From NCBI GenBank assembly GCA_951406725.2, contig CATOCA020000001.1, positions 992,001 to 1,056,000 on the forward strand: 64,000 nt of DNA. The letters run 5' to 3'. The DNA is from Octopus vulgaris. Taxonomy: Eukaryota. The notes under the pieces are model-generated. The model made no database searches. It saw only the letters and a list, made by a program, of their open reading frames with translations, and was not told where the DNA came from. Position numbers and translations under genes: made by a program. Below are positions 12,557-28,978 of this stretch, piece after piece. The stretch's first letter is position 1. Each line of letters starts with the position of its first letter.

Positions 12557-12671
12557 CAGTATCTTGTTGCTAAATATGCATGACATGGGATTTCTGCAGT
12601 AGTTCCTATTTTTGTCATTGGCCAGGAGAAGGTTTGATTGTTATTTGATGTTGTGCTTTCATCACAAACCA
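12557..12671 (-). CDS. Adhesion GPCR exon: HormR N-terminal half (VCDESTTSNNNQTFSWPMTKIGTTAEIPCHAYLATRYC)
   Basis: 115 bp, phase 1-2, ttttcag / gttcgt; 'C...WP.T..G....PC...ATR.C' HormR signature. Confidence 0.92.
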
Positions 12672-12711
12672 CTGAAAAGAAACAAAACATGGATATGAGA
12701 GAAGTCAGTAA

Positions 12712-12774
<63 letters not shown>

Positions 12775-12974
12775 CAGCAGCAGCAGCAGTAGTTGCTGTT
12801 GTAAATAGTTTGGACGTGCTGGCTGATTTGAAGACAATGTGCCATGAAGTGTTGCAAACATATATGGAGAGCGATATACTCATACGCTATGAAAAAATCT
12901 TCAAAATATGTTAGAACATGTTGGAATTGTTAGTCTTCTCGGGGAAGCAAATATATATATATATATATATATAA

Positions 12975-13362
12975 AGGCTTATCTGTGTGGTAAGAAGCTT
13001 GCTTCCCAACAACATGCTTCCAGGTTCAGTCGGACAGCGTGGCACCTCGCTCGGGCAAGTGTCTTCTAATATATCCTCGGGCCCACCAAAGCCTTGTGAG
13101 TGTATTTAGTAGGCGGAAACTGAAAGAAACCCGTCGTATACACACACACTCACAAACATATATGTTTGTGTGCCTGTGTTTGTCCACTACCATTGCTTTA
13201 CGATCGATGTTGGTGTGTTTACATCACCTTAACTTAGAGGCTCGGTAAAATAAATCGATAGAATAAGTACTAGGCTTACAAAGAATAAATCCTGGCGTCG
13301 ATTTGCTCGACTAAATTTGGTGCTGCAGCATCACCGCAGTCAGATGATTGAAACAAGTAAAA
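12975..13362 (+). mobile_element. tRNA-derived SINE, second family (gtggctgtgtggtaagaagcttgc...)
   Basis: Homologous to 20748-21180 and 41260-41660; inserted in (TA)n. Confidence 0.8.
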
Positions 13363-13405
<43 letters not shown>

Positions 13406-13436
13406 TATATACATACGTATATGTACATACTTACAT

Positions 13437-13504
<68 letters not shown>

Positions 13505-13572
13505 CATATGCATATACGGGCACAGGACGTCACAAAACGTAAACAATAAAAAATACGAAGTACAAGTACATG

Positions 13573-13608
<36 letters not shown>

Positions 13609-15459
13609 TGTATATTATATACATATATTATTTATATTATTATATAATTGAACGCCACGCATCCTCTTCCAAGTAAGTTTTATCATAACAATTCTGATGC
13701 ACACTCTATTCTATCCTTTTACGTTTTCGTTTTTCTCTATTCCTTTCTCTTATTCTTTTACCTCCTCTTCTGCCACTATTCTATTTTATTACTCTTTCAT
13801 TTTTCCCTCTTCCTTTCTCTTATTCTTCTACCTCCCGCTCTCCCCTCCTATTTTAATCATTTATCCTATCTCCAATTCTTTTCTTCTCCACTTCACAGTT
13901 CGCTGCCTGTCACTCTCTCTCCCTCACTCTCCCAACATGACCATCGGCCATCTTACTTCTCTTAAGTTGTGTTTCTTTCTCTGTGTTGTAACTGGACCAA
14001 GAAGAAGAAGACGTATTCTTGTCTGTCTCCTGTCCAAGCTTTTTTTTCACGCGTTCGCCACCACAACCTCGTTGAGGCTTAGCACTTCCTGTTTGTTTTC
14101 ACTGTCCTGTTTTTGTTACCAATTTTGACCACCCGCCCATTCCTAAATTTGATTTAACTTTGCTTTGCGGGAGCAACTGTTTTATCGAAGGCGTATCTTG
14201 TGAAATGCTCGAAATACGGAAGTAGAAAAACAGCCGTTTAAAGAGAGTAATAATGTAATAAATTTTGAAGATGTATGATTGTCGATTCTTCTTTACAATA
14301 TCTTGATGATATATGTATACAAGTATGTATGATTATGCACGCACAGACACATACACACACATACATACCCACACACACATATACAGAGTGTCTCCAAAGA
14401 ATGTATACACACATTGAATGATTGTGAAGTCAGTTCTTATAATACATTTCACTTTCAGACGGATTTTATTTCTTTATGAACGCTTGTTTTGAAACTTATG
14501 ATCATTCTGTTTCAATTCCTGTTGATATCGCAAAGCAATCGTGTCTCAAACATCAAGGATCCTCGTAGTAGATATGACCAAAGCCTCGATCATCTTCCAG
14601 TGGCTTGGATTATCCATTATCGCAGCAGTTAAAACTGTCAACTGGAAGTCACTATTTGTCCACTGAAGCAAAATTGGAAATAGCGTATACCTATACACAC
14701 GTTCATATGTACGTACGTTCAAATACAGGCACATACGTACATATACACACACATATATATATATATATAAACATAAAATATATATAATACACTCGCATGC
14801 ACACACATACATAGGCGCAGGCGTAGCTGCGTGGTAAGAAGTTTGGTTCCCTATCACATGGTCTCGGGTCCATGTGAGTGGATTTGGTAGAGAGAACATG
14901 GAAGAAGACCATCGTATATGATAATATATTTTATGCTGGGCATACATAAACTTCAGATTGATTTGGTGGTGGTAAAAAGAAAGGAAAGGAGCCGAGTGAG
15001 AAAAAATATATCACTGCTCGGCAATGGGATGTGATTTGCTTCTCTTCTATGTTTGTTGGACGTGTCAGTTGTGATTGAGTATCTATCGTTCCTAGTTCGA
15101 AAATGAACGTGACCACATAACATAAAATAAATTTGTGCCCAGGAAAATTATTTGCAGCACTAAATAATTTTCCTGTTCGAGTAAATGAAAGTGCACGATT
15201 TGTGTGAATTTTTCAATCCAGTGGAGCTTGCACCTTCTACTTCTATACATAAGTAGAATACATTTTTGTCCTCGAGGTAATTGGTATAATTAAAAAGAAA
15301 ATGTAAATAAATAGATCTGTATGATTGTGTGTGTGTGTGTGTCCTGTGGTATTATCTACTGATGATGACGATGACGACAACGGCGAAGATGATGGTAATG
15401 GTGATGATTAAGCTAATTATGATGGTAGTGGTGATAAAAATAAGAGACACAATACTTAC

Positions 15460-15608
15460 TTTCATCAAACCTATCTATGTAACTTTGCTGAACACCGACG
15501 TTACGCAAAGTTTGGGATGTGTTTAAAACTTGGGAGATATTGCGCAACAGTTGTTTTTTAGATGTCTTGCTATATGGCTTGGAGTAAATTGCAAATATCG
15601 TCCGGTTT
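15460..15608 (-). CDS. Adhesion GPCR exon: SEA-like segment part 3 (NRTIFAIYSKPYSKTSKKQLLRNISQVLNTSQTLRNVGVQQSYIDRFDE)
   Basis: Strong gtaagt donor; phase 2-1 fits both neighbours; acceptor ggacag is weak and may be shifted from 15617. Confidence 0.75.
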
Positions 15609-15658
15609 CTGTCCAAATTGAAATAAGAATAAATACACGTATATAGATAGATAAAGGA

Positions 15659-15731
<73 letters not shown>

Positions 15732-16500
15732 CAGATATAATAAATAAATAAATATAATTAGTTTAAACAGTCAGCAGAATTTTCCTAGGTTATGGCAATC
15801 TAACTGGTTTTTAAAATAATTTTGTCCTAATAACAGGACCTAAATTGCACCATTATATAAATCTGACCATTGACTGAAAAACTTCCATTTACTGATTATG
15901 GATAACAATGTATCAACACTGATGCGTGTCGACCACAGTTTCTTTACTTTAGTAAGGCTGTTTAATTCTGCTACTTATATAAAATAAGATTAAAATTTCA
16001 TAGTAAACACGTAAACATGGCTAGTCATACGCTCACATGTGCGCTCGCGGACCCACGTGCGTACTTATACGTCACTATGAAAACGTACACATCTTCACTC
16101 GCATTTTTCGCCAAATATATACGCATATATATATACAAACTCATACACACACACATGCGTACCGTAAAAGTTCATACATACGTCTATATACGCACAAGAA
16201 AAACCATGGTTAAAGGTAACAGAAAAAAACATAAGGAAGTATACAAAGCATAAAAACCACGTTCATATACGGACATGCCCTTATGCACTCATACACACAC
16301 ACGCCCATATATGTACATACCCGCACATATGTATATAGGCATACACACACACGCATATACGAAAAATGAATATACATATGCCCCCGCCCCCACAAAAACG
16401 TCTATATATATATGCATTCTTATGCCCGCACACACGCACAATCTAAAACTGCCCACTCATAAATATTCACATACGTGTACAAATGAATCTATATACACGT

Positions 16501-19067
<2,567 letters not shown>

Positions 19068-19372
19068 TTAAAGATATTTAACGTTGAGAAAGATGGTGTT
19101 TTGCAACGCAGGACTTGATTAGCTTAATGTTATAGCGTTGCTATATATATACAGTTCTCTCTGTATTGTTATGTTTTTGTTTGCTCCTTTATAATAATAT
19201 ACTGAAAAAACACTTGAACATTTAATTGAAAGTTTGAATTTGTATATTGTGTGTCACAAGTACAACATTCTTTATTATTGTGATATTTAAAGCGTACGAT
19301 AAAAACAGGACTGGAATGTTTGGAACAAAAATAAACAAAATTTGAATAAAAGTGATAAAAGATTTTGCTTAC

Positions 19373-19422
19373 CCACAATATTCAATAGTGAAGGTTCCCG
19401 TCGTGGTTAACTCACGTTCCAT
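19373..19422 (-). CDS. Adhesion GPCR small exon: SEA-like part 2 ([17 protein letters not shown])
   Basis: 50 bp, phase 0-2, ctcttgcag / gtaagc; bridges the phases of the flanking exons. Confidence 0.78.
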
Positions 19423-19480
19423 CTGCAAGAGTCGTATATATATATATATATATAATTACATACAAAAACATACATATATG

Positions 19481-19577
<97 letters not shown>

Positions 19578-20072
19578 GTGTGTGTATGTGTGTGTGTGTG
19601 TGTAAACACAAAGCCAGTCAATAATGATGTGGCGTTTTATCTACTGTCAGTCAGAATCGGAGATAATATAACGGACTATAAAAATGATGTATTCCGACTA
19701 AAGATAAGATGGTGGATAGAATAGTCTTTTTATTGACCAGCACAAATATCACATTCAGTGAGATTAACAGTTTCACCTATCACTAAATGGAGTTGATTGT
19801 CTGAATTTCATGAAATACAAGTTATTCTTATTCTCTTACTACGGTCTACTTCATGTTCATGTCTCAGCATGGTCAATATAAAAGTCCGTATTATATACTT
19901 ACATACGTACAAATTATGTACATATCGGTTATATTAGATAGCCCATGTTCAATTTCTACCAACTTAGGCCTGATGTGGAGGCCGTGAATTTGAGTTTGGT
20001 TTGATGAGCCTACTCTGACAAACTGGTTCTAACTGGCTTGGCAGAGGGGTACAATTTTTTATACTCTTACCC

Positions 20073-20468
20073 CTCTTCTTGGAAGCACTCCGTCGGTTAC
20101 GACGACGAGGGTTCCGGTTGATCCGAATCAACGGAACAGCCTGCTCGTGAAATTAACGTGTAAGTGGCTGAGCACTCCACAGACACGTGTACCCTTAACG
20201 TAGTTCTCGGGGATATATTCAGCGTGACACAGAGAGTGACAAGGCCGGCCCTTTGAAATACAGGTACAACAGAAACAGGAAGCAAGAGTGAGAGAAAGTT
20301 GTGGTGAAAGAGTACAGCAGGGATCACCACCATCCCCTGCCGGAGCCTCATGGAGCTTTAGGTGTTTTCGCTCAATAAACGCTCACAACGCCCGGTTTGG
20401 GAATCGAAACTGCGATCCTATGACCGCGAGTCCAGTGCCCTAACCACTGGGCCATTGCGCCTCCACAG
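20073..20468 (-). mobile_element. tRNA-derived SINE, third family, with 13-bp TSD
   Basis: tRNA-like head ggcgcaatggcccagtggttagggc...gtttcgattccc; tatactcttaccc at 20060-20072 and 20469-20481. Confidence 0.88.
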
Positions 20469-20712
20469 TATACTCTTACCCAGGAGTAGTTAAAGTGATT
20501 AAGTCAACACACACACGCACACACAGTCATTATTTATTTTATTGATCCCGAAAGGACGAAAGGCAGAGTCAGCCTCGGTGGAATTTGAACTCAAAACGTA
20601 AAGACGTATGCAATACCGCTAAACATTTTGTCCGGCGTGCCAACGACTCTTCTAGCTCACCGCAGAATATATAGTGAGTCAAATAATAAATACATACGCA
20701 CATAAATACTGA

Positions 20713-20747
<35 letters not shown>

Positions 20748-20748
<1 letters not shown>

Positions 20749-20921
20749 CGCAGGAGTGGCTGTGTGGCAAGTAGCTTGTTTACAAACCACATGGTTCCGG
20801 GTTCAGTCCCACTGCGTGTCACCTTGGGCAAGTGTCTTCTACTATAGCCTCGGGCCGACGAAGGCCTTGTGAGTGGATTTGGTAAACAGAAACTAAAAGA
20901 AGTCCGTCGTATATATGTATA

Positions 20922-20956
<35 letters not shown>

Positions 20957-21180
20957 GATTGTGTGTGTGTGTGTTTGTGTTTGTCCCCCTAGCATTGCTT
21001 GACAACCGATGCTGGTGTGTTTATGTCCCCGTCACTTAGCGGTTCGGCAAAAGAGACCGATAGAATAAGTACTGGGCTTACAAAAGAATAAGTCCCGGGT
21101 TCGAGTTGCTCGATTAAAGGCGGTGCCCCAGTATGGCCGCAGTCAAATGACTGAAACAAGTAAAAGGGTAAAGAGTAAAA
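20748..21180 (+). mobile_element. tRNA-derived SINE, second family, well preserved copy
   Basis: ggcgcaggagtggctgtgtgg...ggttcagtccc head, internal (TA)n(TG)n, taaaagag tail. Confidence 0.85.
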
Positions 21181-21213
21181 GAGTATATTTTATATATACA
21201 TATACATATATAT

Positions 21214-21270
<57 letters not shown>

Positions 21271-21520
21271 TGTATTTAACATGTATTTATATATTTATGT
21301 ATTTATGTTTGAGTGGATCAGGTGAAACTTCAAGTAGCTGTTGTTTTAACGAAATCAATATTTACTAAAGATATTGAACCCCTTATTTGTTTGATGCTTT
21401 CCTTTTCTTCTGTAAGCGTGTGTGTGTGTGCGGGGCGGCGTGTGTGTGCGTGTGCGCGTGCTTATATGCGCAGAAAGAAAGAGACAGAAAGGAAAAGAGG
21501 GAGAACAAATATCTACTCAC

Positions 21521-21603
21521 AGCTTTTGATAAGTTCTCAGCAGAGATTTTATATTCGCTGAACTTTTTAAAAGTCAAATGGAATACGAAGAAATTGGTCC
21601 AGT
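21521..21603 (-). CDS. Adhesion GPCR exon: SEA-like part 1 (DWTNFFVFHLTFKKFSEYKISAENLSKA)
   Basis: 83 bp, phase 1-0, ttccatag / gtgagt. Confidence 0.8.
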
Positions 21604-21807
21604 CTATGGAAGGATAAAGAAGATAATCATTGCCTTTATAAATGAGGCACACATCAAAGATTCGCACAAACCGACATACGTAGATAAATATACAATCTGC
21701 ATAATCACATATACACTCAAAAATACATACATACATATACACATACATACATATACATACATATATGTGTGTGGGAGTGTATAATTAACGAGAGAAACTG
21801 AAAGTGG

Positions 21808-23390
21808 ACTTCTTCAAAAGTATTTTTATCGGCTGATAAATTGGAGACGCTCCTGCCGAATGTCGTTAACTAGTTGTTCAATGGCTGCTGGTTGATGGTT
21901 GGAGCCTATGTCGATATACGAAGCTTCCTCATTTGGTTTGTGGTAGGGTTTAAATTTGGTTGTACTAAGGTTCATGTTATAACTAGGAAGTTGACTTCTT
22001 TAAGGTCGGTACTAACTGTGGTTCTTAAAATTGGCGTAATGTTTTGCATAAGGTTTTCCTTATCCTATCCATAATGTGTCCGTTTTTATTGTCTACCACC
22101 TCCAGGCCATCGTCCCTATATAAACCTATGTTGGCTTCTTTTATCTCTTTTCCAAGGATATTTAGGATATAGAGGCCTAAAAGCTCAGCCATTATAGCTC
22201 CATATTGCCATTTCAAATAGATCGTCTTTATCCTTTTTTTACCCAATAGGAATTATCATGAAAAAGTAATAACTTCCTTACGTCATAATTATATCTACAT
22301 CAGTGTTTGTTATGATAATATATGCCTTACTATATTCAAGTGTCTTTTGACGAACGCTTTAGGAGATCGAAGGGTAAAACTCTACGAGTGGTAAATCTCA
22401 GTTGACATCGGCTTCAGCCACCCTCCAGTAGTCATTAAACAACTAGTTAACAACATTAGCAGGCGCGTCTCCAATTTATTCTCCGATAAAGATACTTTTG
22501 AAAGACCACAAGTTTAGTTTCCCATACTGAACCCCCACCACCACCACTATAATGCTGCATTAGAAAGGTCCAAATTCAATAATAACATAAACTACATTGA
22601 ACCAAATATACATAGACCATGAAGGCGCAGACAGAGGAATCTCTTAGGATCTAATCCCCCTTATAGCAGAGTTATGAAATTCGTCATACAGTGTTATGAA
22701 ATTCTTCAAATTAATAGACAATCCATTCTTGTATTCACACAACTACCACAAGACCTTCAAAAGAAAAATTGTTAAAGTCAGCTATAGTTGCTTCTCTAAT
22801 ATAGGGTCAATAATACTCCACCACAATAAAAATACACACGCCAGAGATATTCCCGAAACACAATGTAATGTTAGATCTCCAGATCGCTGTGCTTTAAGAA
22901 ACAACTGTCAGGAAAAAAAACCCAAAATATAGAAGACCAAAATCATGGATCCCAATGAAGTAACAAAGACGCATATTGGAATGACGGGCAATTCGTTGAA
23001 GGAAAGATATATTCAACACTTGGTCTCATTTAGGGACAAAACTAAAAGACATGCAGCATTCTTTTCCAATTTGATATGGACATTGTAAGAAAGAAGAATA
23101 AGTAGTCCCCAGATAAGATAGAACATCATTGCTAAAGTCAGAAAATATAGAAAACACTAAAATACTAAATATCATACAATCAATAGACTACACCCTAAAT
23201 ATTGGGGACGAAACCTTTTCTCTCTACATACACAAGCAATATCTCACACTTAGACACTTCAAAGAGGAACCACCACTCGCGCCGCTTAGCCAACAAGGAT
23301 AGTTTCTTTTCCTGGACATGAAAATTGACTAAATACCACACAAGAACCCCGCAGCTAGAAGAAACATGTCCATATGACGAACTACCTCAG
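21808..23390. mobile_element. Degenerate Penelope-like element with inverted 5' segment
   Basis: Minus-strand RT (GLYRDDGL) at about 21808-22390; plus-strand RT C-terminus and GIY-YIG remnant at about 22410-23390. Confidence 0.8.
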
Positions 23391-23923
23391 CACACAAACA
23401 TACTAACATCACATTTACCTAGAATACTATATAAGGTAAACAAATTTAACCTCCAGCATGACTGTTGTCCTCCAAAGTGAAATAACCACTCAAATGTGCC
23501 ATCCAAGAGTAGCACACCTTGATTTATTATTTTCTTTACGAGATTTTCTTCGAATTCCCGAGAGTTTGTGTTGAGCACTATTTCTCCATGTGATCAACTT
23601 GAAAAATTGTTAAAATAATAAGATATTGTCCTTAACATGAAACTAATGGTAGTTTTAATACGCAAATAAAGAATTCTAACCCCCAATGGGGTGTTGAGCA
23701 CTCATTCTCGTCGTTCGCAATATATATATATATATATATCTACATACATACACACAAATATGTATGTATGCACGGTCGCATGGGTGTACACATATATACA
23801 CACATGCAAACACATATACATACAGCAAAATATCTTCCCATATAACTATCATTCTATGTTCTTATTAACTATTAATCTGTAACAAATCAGGTTTAGTTAT
23901 CTTAGGCAATAAATAAGACTTAC

Positions 23924-24107
23924 CAAGGAAATCATTCTTGTTACATAAGTTTCCGACACAACAACCAGTACAAGAAGTGCCATTGGTCCATTTATTGCAA
24001 GTAAGGGTATTGTTTCTCATAGCTTCAACACATTTTCTGTATGTGCTGCAGGACTTTTCAATCTTCATTGTTACACCGTTCATTGACATTGCAAATCGGC
24101 ATACTGG
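23924..24107 (-). CDS. Adhesion GPCR exon: Ly6/uPAR three-finger domain, C-terminal part (PVCRF...EKSCSTYRKC...CTGCCVGNLCNKNDFL)
   Basis: 184 bp, phase 0-1, ttacag / gtaagt; diagnostic CC-x4-CN terminus. Confidence 0.9.
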
Positions 24108-25339
24108 CTGTAATAATAGATATAAAAATGATGTACTACAACCATAACATTTACTACTATGACTACTGCTAACTACAGCAACAACAACTCTAGAAATGTT
24201 TATCAAGCAACAAGGTTTAATCATTGCTTTAAAAATAGCATAAAGCAAGAAATGAAACCGAAAACAACTTGTCAAAGAATTGAAAATTGACAACATAAGT
24301 AATTCTCTGTAAAATTTATGGTGATTTACGACTTATAATAAATAATGTTTTGAATACTTACATTATTCAAAGTTCTCTGATCACATGTAGATATGGCCAT
24401 CGAATCACGGTTCAAATCAAAACCACTTCACTCTGCCACCCACCATAAAACTTAAGATAGGTAAAATAATCCCAATAATTATGTATCATTCCGCCAAAGT
24501 TTCCTCTGCATCGGGAATGCAAACGGGGATTTTTTTGATACAACATTTACGAAACATTATGTGTACAAAACTCACCAGCAACAGCAAATCATACACCCGT
24601 ACCCAAAGCTGATAATTAAATAAATTTATCAGATTGAACACCTCAGGCTTTGCAAATAAAACAGAAAATGCATAAATAGACACAAGAGAAATATGCTTTT
24701 ATTTTGCAAGTATATTTTATGGTCACGAAACGAAAATAGGATATGTAAAATGTGGAGAGATCATAGCTAAGATCCAAATGTATCATCGGACCTCACTAAA
24801 CTTAATAAAATATTTTCTGAAAATAAAAAATATCAGAAATTGAGAACATTTAAAGGGGAAAATGCACCACAAAATACAATTAATGATTTCATACACCTAA
24901 CAACGATAAAAGCAAAGGGAATGTAGTTCACGAAGTTAGTAATATATGTAGCCTTAATTTGAGCCTGAAACTCGGGTCTTTCAAACTAGGAGAATTTCCA
25001 GGAATAAAAATGCAGATCTCTGAAACTGAGTTACGATGTCATGAACAAATAACCAATAGAAACTGCACATAATACCGGTAGCCTGGCGTCTTCAAAAAAG
25101 CCAATGAAGTCGGTGATTGGAAACGAATGAAGCTTTAAATAAGCTAAGTCAGTTTCAAGAAAACAGAAAGGTCTCAGAGCAGAACAGACAATGAAATAGA
25201 GAACAGAGTGCAGCCATGCACTTATATCAAACTCTATTCTCCTATATTCCCGTATATCAGTTAAGGTGAAGCATTGGTCTGTGTCATTACCAATGTACTG
25301 GAGTACAACTACGTGGTCAGACATACGCCTGGCAATTTC

Positions 25340-25920
25340 AAATCGTGTTTTAGCTGCGTTTTAAACGTATTGCTTGTGTCTTTTCCACTTGAAATAATAC
25401 TAAATTATGTTCTGAAGTGTTTGTTGTACTACTTGATGTGAGCGAAGATTTAATAAGCTTTCAATTTTTCATTAGTAGAGATATATAATATTTCTCTGTT
25501 GTTGTACCTTTCAACCTCGTCTATCAGACAGCCTCTTTTGCTATAGAGACCAGACAAAGGATAACTGTCATTTGCTGCCTTAACTAATTCATTGATCCGT
25601 ATTTTGTAATCTTTGCGAACTGGCCACGTCCGACTTCTAACTACCCCCTCTAAGTCTAGCGACTCCAGATCATTCTACAAGGAACCTTGATCTCAAGTTG
25701 CCTCCTGGTCACGTACATTCATACATCCCACTCTAAGTACAGCTATGTTTATCATAAGTTCTTGTGTTCGATTGTTGGGCAGGGTTCAATGTTGTTTCCT
25801 TGCACTTCGTTTTAGTCTACTCAAGTAAAAATGGATCCCAGCTTAGTGTTTGTCATCTATTTCTCCCTTCAATCTTCAGATATTTGTTGTCCCATTGAGT
25901 CATGGATAAGAAGATCAATA
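25340..25920 (+). mobile_element. Highly degenerate non-LTR (CR1/L2/Jockey-like) RT fragment
   Basis: Residual VLLDVSE and GQGSML motifs; no intact ORF. Confidence 0.4.
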
Positions 25921-26015
25921 AGGTGTTCATGTCTACATAGGCACCTACAACAATTAGCGAGTGACAGTTACGGATATATCTTAACGGAAAGGAAGAAAAT
26001 AAGATCCTAGTTTAC

Positions 26016-26107
26016 CTCTGCTCCTGGACAACTGGTTACAGATGACTCATTGCACGTCATCTTTGAACATGTTTGACACTGCAAATTCCTTTGAAATAAC
26101 GAGTAAT
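26016..26107 (-). CDS. Adhesion GPCR exon: Ly6/uPAR domain, N-terminal part (YSLFQRNLQCQTCSKMTCNESSVTSCPGAE)
   Basis: 92 bp, phase 1-0, ttctgtag / gtaaac; LxCxxC start typical of LU domains. Confidence 0.88.
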
Positions 26108-26614
26108 CTACAGAATATAAGTAAATATCCATATTTTACGAACCAAATAGTGTGATGCATAGCAACAACAAAAAATATTTGCTTTCTGATGTAAAGAAAT
26201 GTATATGTATTAGAGTTGGAATCAATACATGTTCGCTATATAAACCAAATTATTAACAAAAGCTATAAACCTATTTTTATATTCATATGGAAATGTTTAA
26301 ATTACGTCACAAATTCAACTGAGAAAAGCATGGAAGCTACCTGTTGCCCTTCTCTTTTAGCATTCTGATCTCACAAAAACGTGAAAACCCTGGAACAAGT
26401 CAAATAAAGGGATGAGATTCGAAAGTGGTAAGTGATGTAGCAGTGGGAACTCCCTTATAAAACCCGGGGATGTCATTTAAATTATGTTACAATGTTATAT
26501 AGTATGTGAAAAATGCTATAATAGGTGAACTGAGCAACACAATATTTGAATAAATAGGAAACTTTATCACTGATATGGTGGTATTCCAAATATATGCAGG
26601 TTATATATATATGA

Positions 26615-26820
26615 ATGTATGTATGTATGTATGTATGTATGTATGTATGTATGTATGTATGTATATATGCATGTATGCATGTATGTATGTATGTATGTAT
26701 GTGTGTGTGTATGTATGTGTGTATGTATATATGCATGTATGTATGTGTGTATGTATGTATGTATGTATGTGTGTATGTATGTATGTATGTATGCATGCAT
26801 GCATGTATGTGTGTGTATGT
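26615..26820. repeat. (TATG)n microsatellite
   Basis: Direct inspection. Confidence 0.95.
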
Positions 26821-27019
26821 GTGGAAATATATATATATATCTGTAAATGTAATATGTGACAATTATTCGGTAGCCATAATAAAACTCCGAGTTTCGGATG
26901 TCGGGGTGGAAATTCACGCCGCCATCTCTTCAGTTATCCGGCCATCAGAAAGAAATGCCCATATATATATATATATATATACAGATATATATCACATACA
27001 TATATATATATACACACAC

Positions 27020-28110
27020 ATGCGGGGTCATCGAAAAAGGTTTCCGTGCTTTTCAAAATGAAATAACTAAGTCTGTATTAAAGGAATTTTTCTGCGTAGA
27101 CAATCTTCTTAAGAACCCCACCCCCTAAAAAGTCCATAGGAGTTAGATCAGAGATTCTAAGTGGCCACAGAATAGGACCATTCCTTCCAATCCAGCGGCC
27201 AGGAATCTGTTGTTGAGAACTTGTCGCACATTGTGGCTGTAGTGAGCTGGTGCTCCGTCCTGCTGGAAAATTACACTGATTCTCTTTTTTCTTTCAATGT
27301 CTGCAATTTGAGCTATTTGAGGGAACAGATAAATTTCTAGTATGTCCAAGTAACTAGCGCCTGTAATCGTGTTTTCTACGAATATGAAAGGGCCAAGAGC
27401 ACGATCCTGCAGGAGTCCACACCATACATGAAACTTGGGCGAATCACGGACGTACTGGAAGACTTCATGGGGTTGTTGAGCTCCACATATCTGACTGTTA
27501 TATCGCTTAACACAACCATTTAAGTGGAATGTTGCTTCATCACTAAATAAAAATTCTGTTAAGATAACTGTTATCGTCATCAATTTCTCTCACCATCGTT
27601 ACAGCAAATTTAGCGCTTTCAGGCCAATCAGTCTCCTTAATTTTACGTCCCATTTGAATTCTGTAAGCATTCAGTCTTAGGCGTTTTGAATTGTTGTTTT
27701 AGACATACGAAACTCCAAACTGCGTCGATTGATGGACTTCTTAAGACAAGGTAAACATAACAGTCTCAAACGCTCTACATTCTTTTCCAGCGTGCGAGGC
27801 CGGCCTGGAGATTTCTTAATATTTACATTTCCAGTTTCTTAAACCTGGTTAAACCAGCGAACAGTGGTTTTGTCTGTAGGGGTATCTTGTCCGTAAGTAC
27901 GCTGAAAACGACGTTGCACTAAAACAACTGACTTAAACTCAGCGTACCACAACACATACTGCACTTTCTGCTGTAAAGTCGCCATGATTGCCGTGGAGAG
28001 ACTGTCCAGACGCTCGCTAGTGAAATAGTGATTTGAAGGACAACGCAGTGGCAAATATCAAAACACCTACAGTTGTTATACAGTCGAACGTTGATTTTAG
28101 TTGTCAATTA
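27020..28110 (-). mobile_element. Tc1/mariner-superfamily transposon remnant with HTH (DUF4817-like) N-terminus
   Basis: MATLQQKVQYVLWYAEFKSVVLVQRRF, FSDEATFHLNG and FQQDGAPAHY motifs; ends approximate. Confidence 0.85.
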
Positions 28111-28149
28111 CTCAAGGTATAAGCCAGCGATATAAAGATAGAGTATCTT

Positions 28150-28182
<33 letters not shown>

Positions 28183-28766
28183 ATAAAGATACTCTATCTT
28201 TTATCCCCCTCTCATGTTTCTTCCATTTTCTCGCTCCCCTCTCTCACATTGCTTGTCCCTATCTTGTCCCCTACAAATCTCCCCTCCTTCCATGTGACTG
28301 GTGTTTGGCCAGCCATGATCTTTCTTTCTTGGCCTGACTGCCGACCGCCAAGACTTCTTGTGTCCATCTCGTATGTCCCTGCTTTAGGCTTTCACTTCAT
28401 ACACGCCAGCTCAATTTGATTAGTTCTCAGTCGAAAGAAACGCGTTGTTATTTCTTGTTGTTTGTATTCGCAATTCTATACCATGTTCTCCGTTTTCTTT
28501 TGTTTTGTCTTTGTTGCCGTACACATTCGCTATCTTTCTTACAATAGGGTTTAATGCTCTTAGCTGAGACTTTTTTGGGGCCAACCAAATCGAACAATCT
28601 CAAGTGCAACTGCCCAAAATGGTCGTGACTTCTGGAACTTGACTGAGGAAAGAAACCCACGAATGGCCCGTCTTTTTCTGCCTGTCCTCCTAATTGTTGT
28701 TTCTCTTGTCCGCCTTTGTGTCGTCAATCTGTCCGAATGTTTTAATGTCCTTTATTGAGTTTTTGT

Positions 28767-28813
<47 letters not shown>

Positions 28814-28856
28814 ATATATATATATATATATAATATATATAATATATATTTGTATA

Positions 28857-28894
<38 letters not shown>

Positions 28895-28978
28895 GGTCCC
28901 GGGTTGATTCGGGGTTAACCACAGTAAATAAGGTACTCAATACATAGCAGAGTAAAATTAATTTATTATATAGAAGGA

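Noticed and set aside
14180-14235. Very degenerate hammerhead-like remnants here and near 52890-52920
   Set aside because: Core nucleotides too mutated to support a call
20380-20468. tRNA-like sequences here and at other SINE heads
   Set aside because: Attached to SINE bodies, some with TSDs, and present in multiple diverged copies; not tRNA genes
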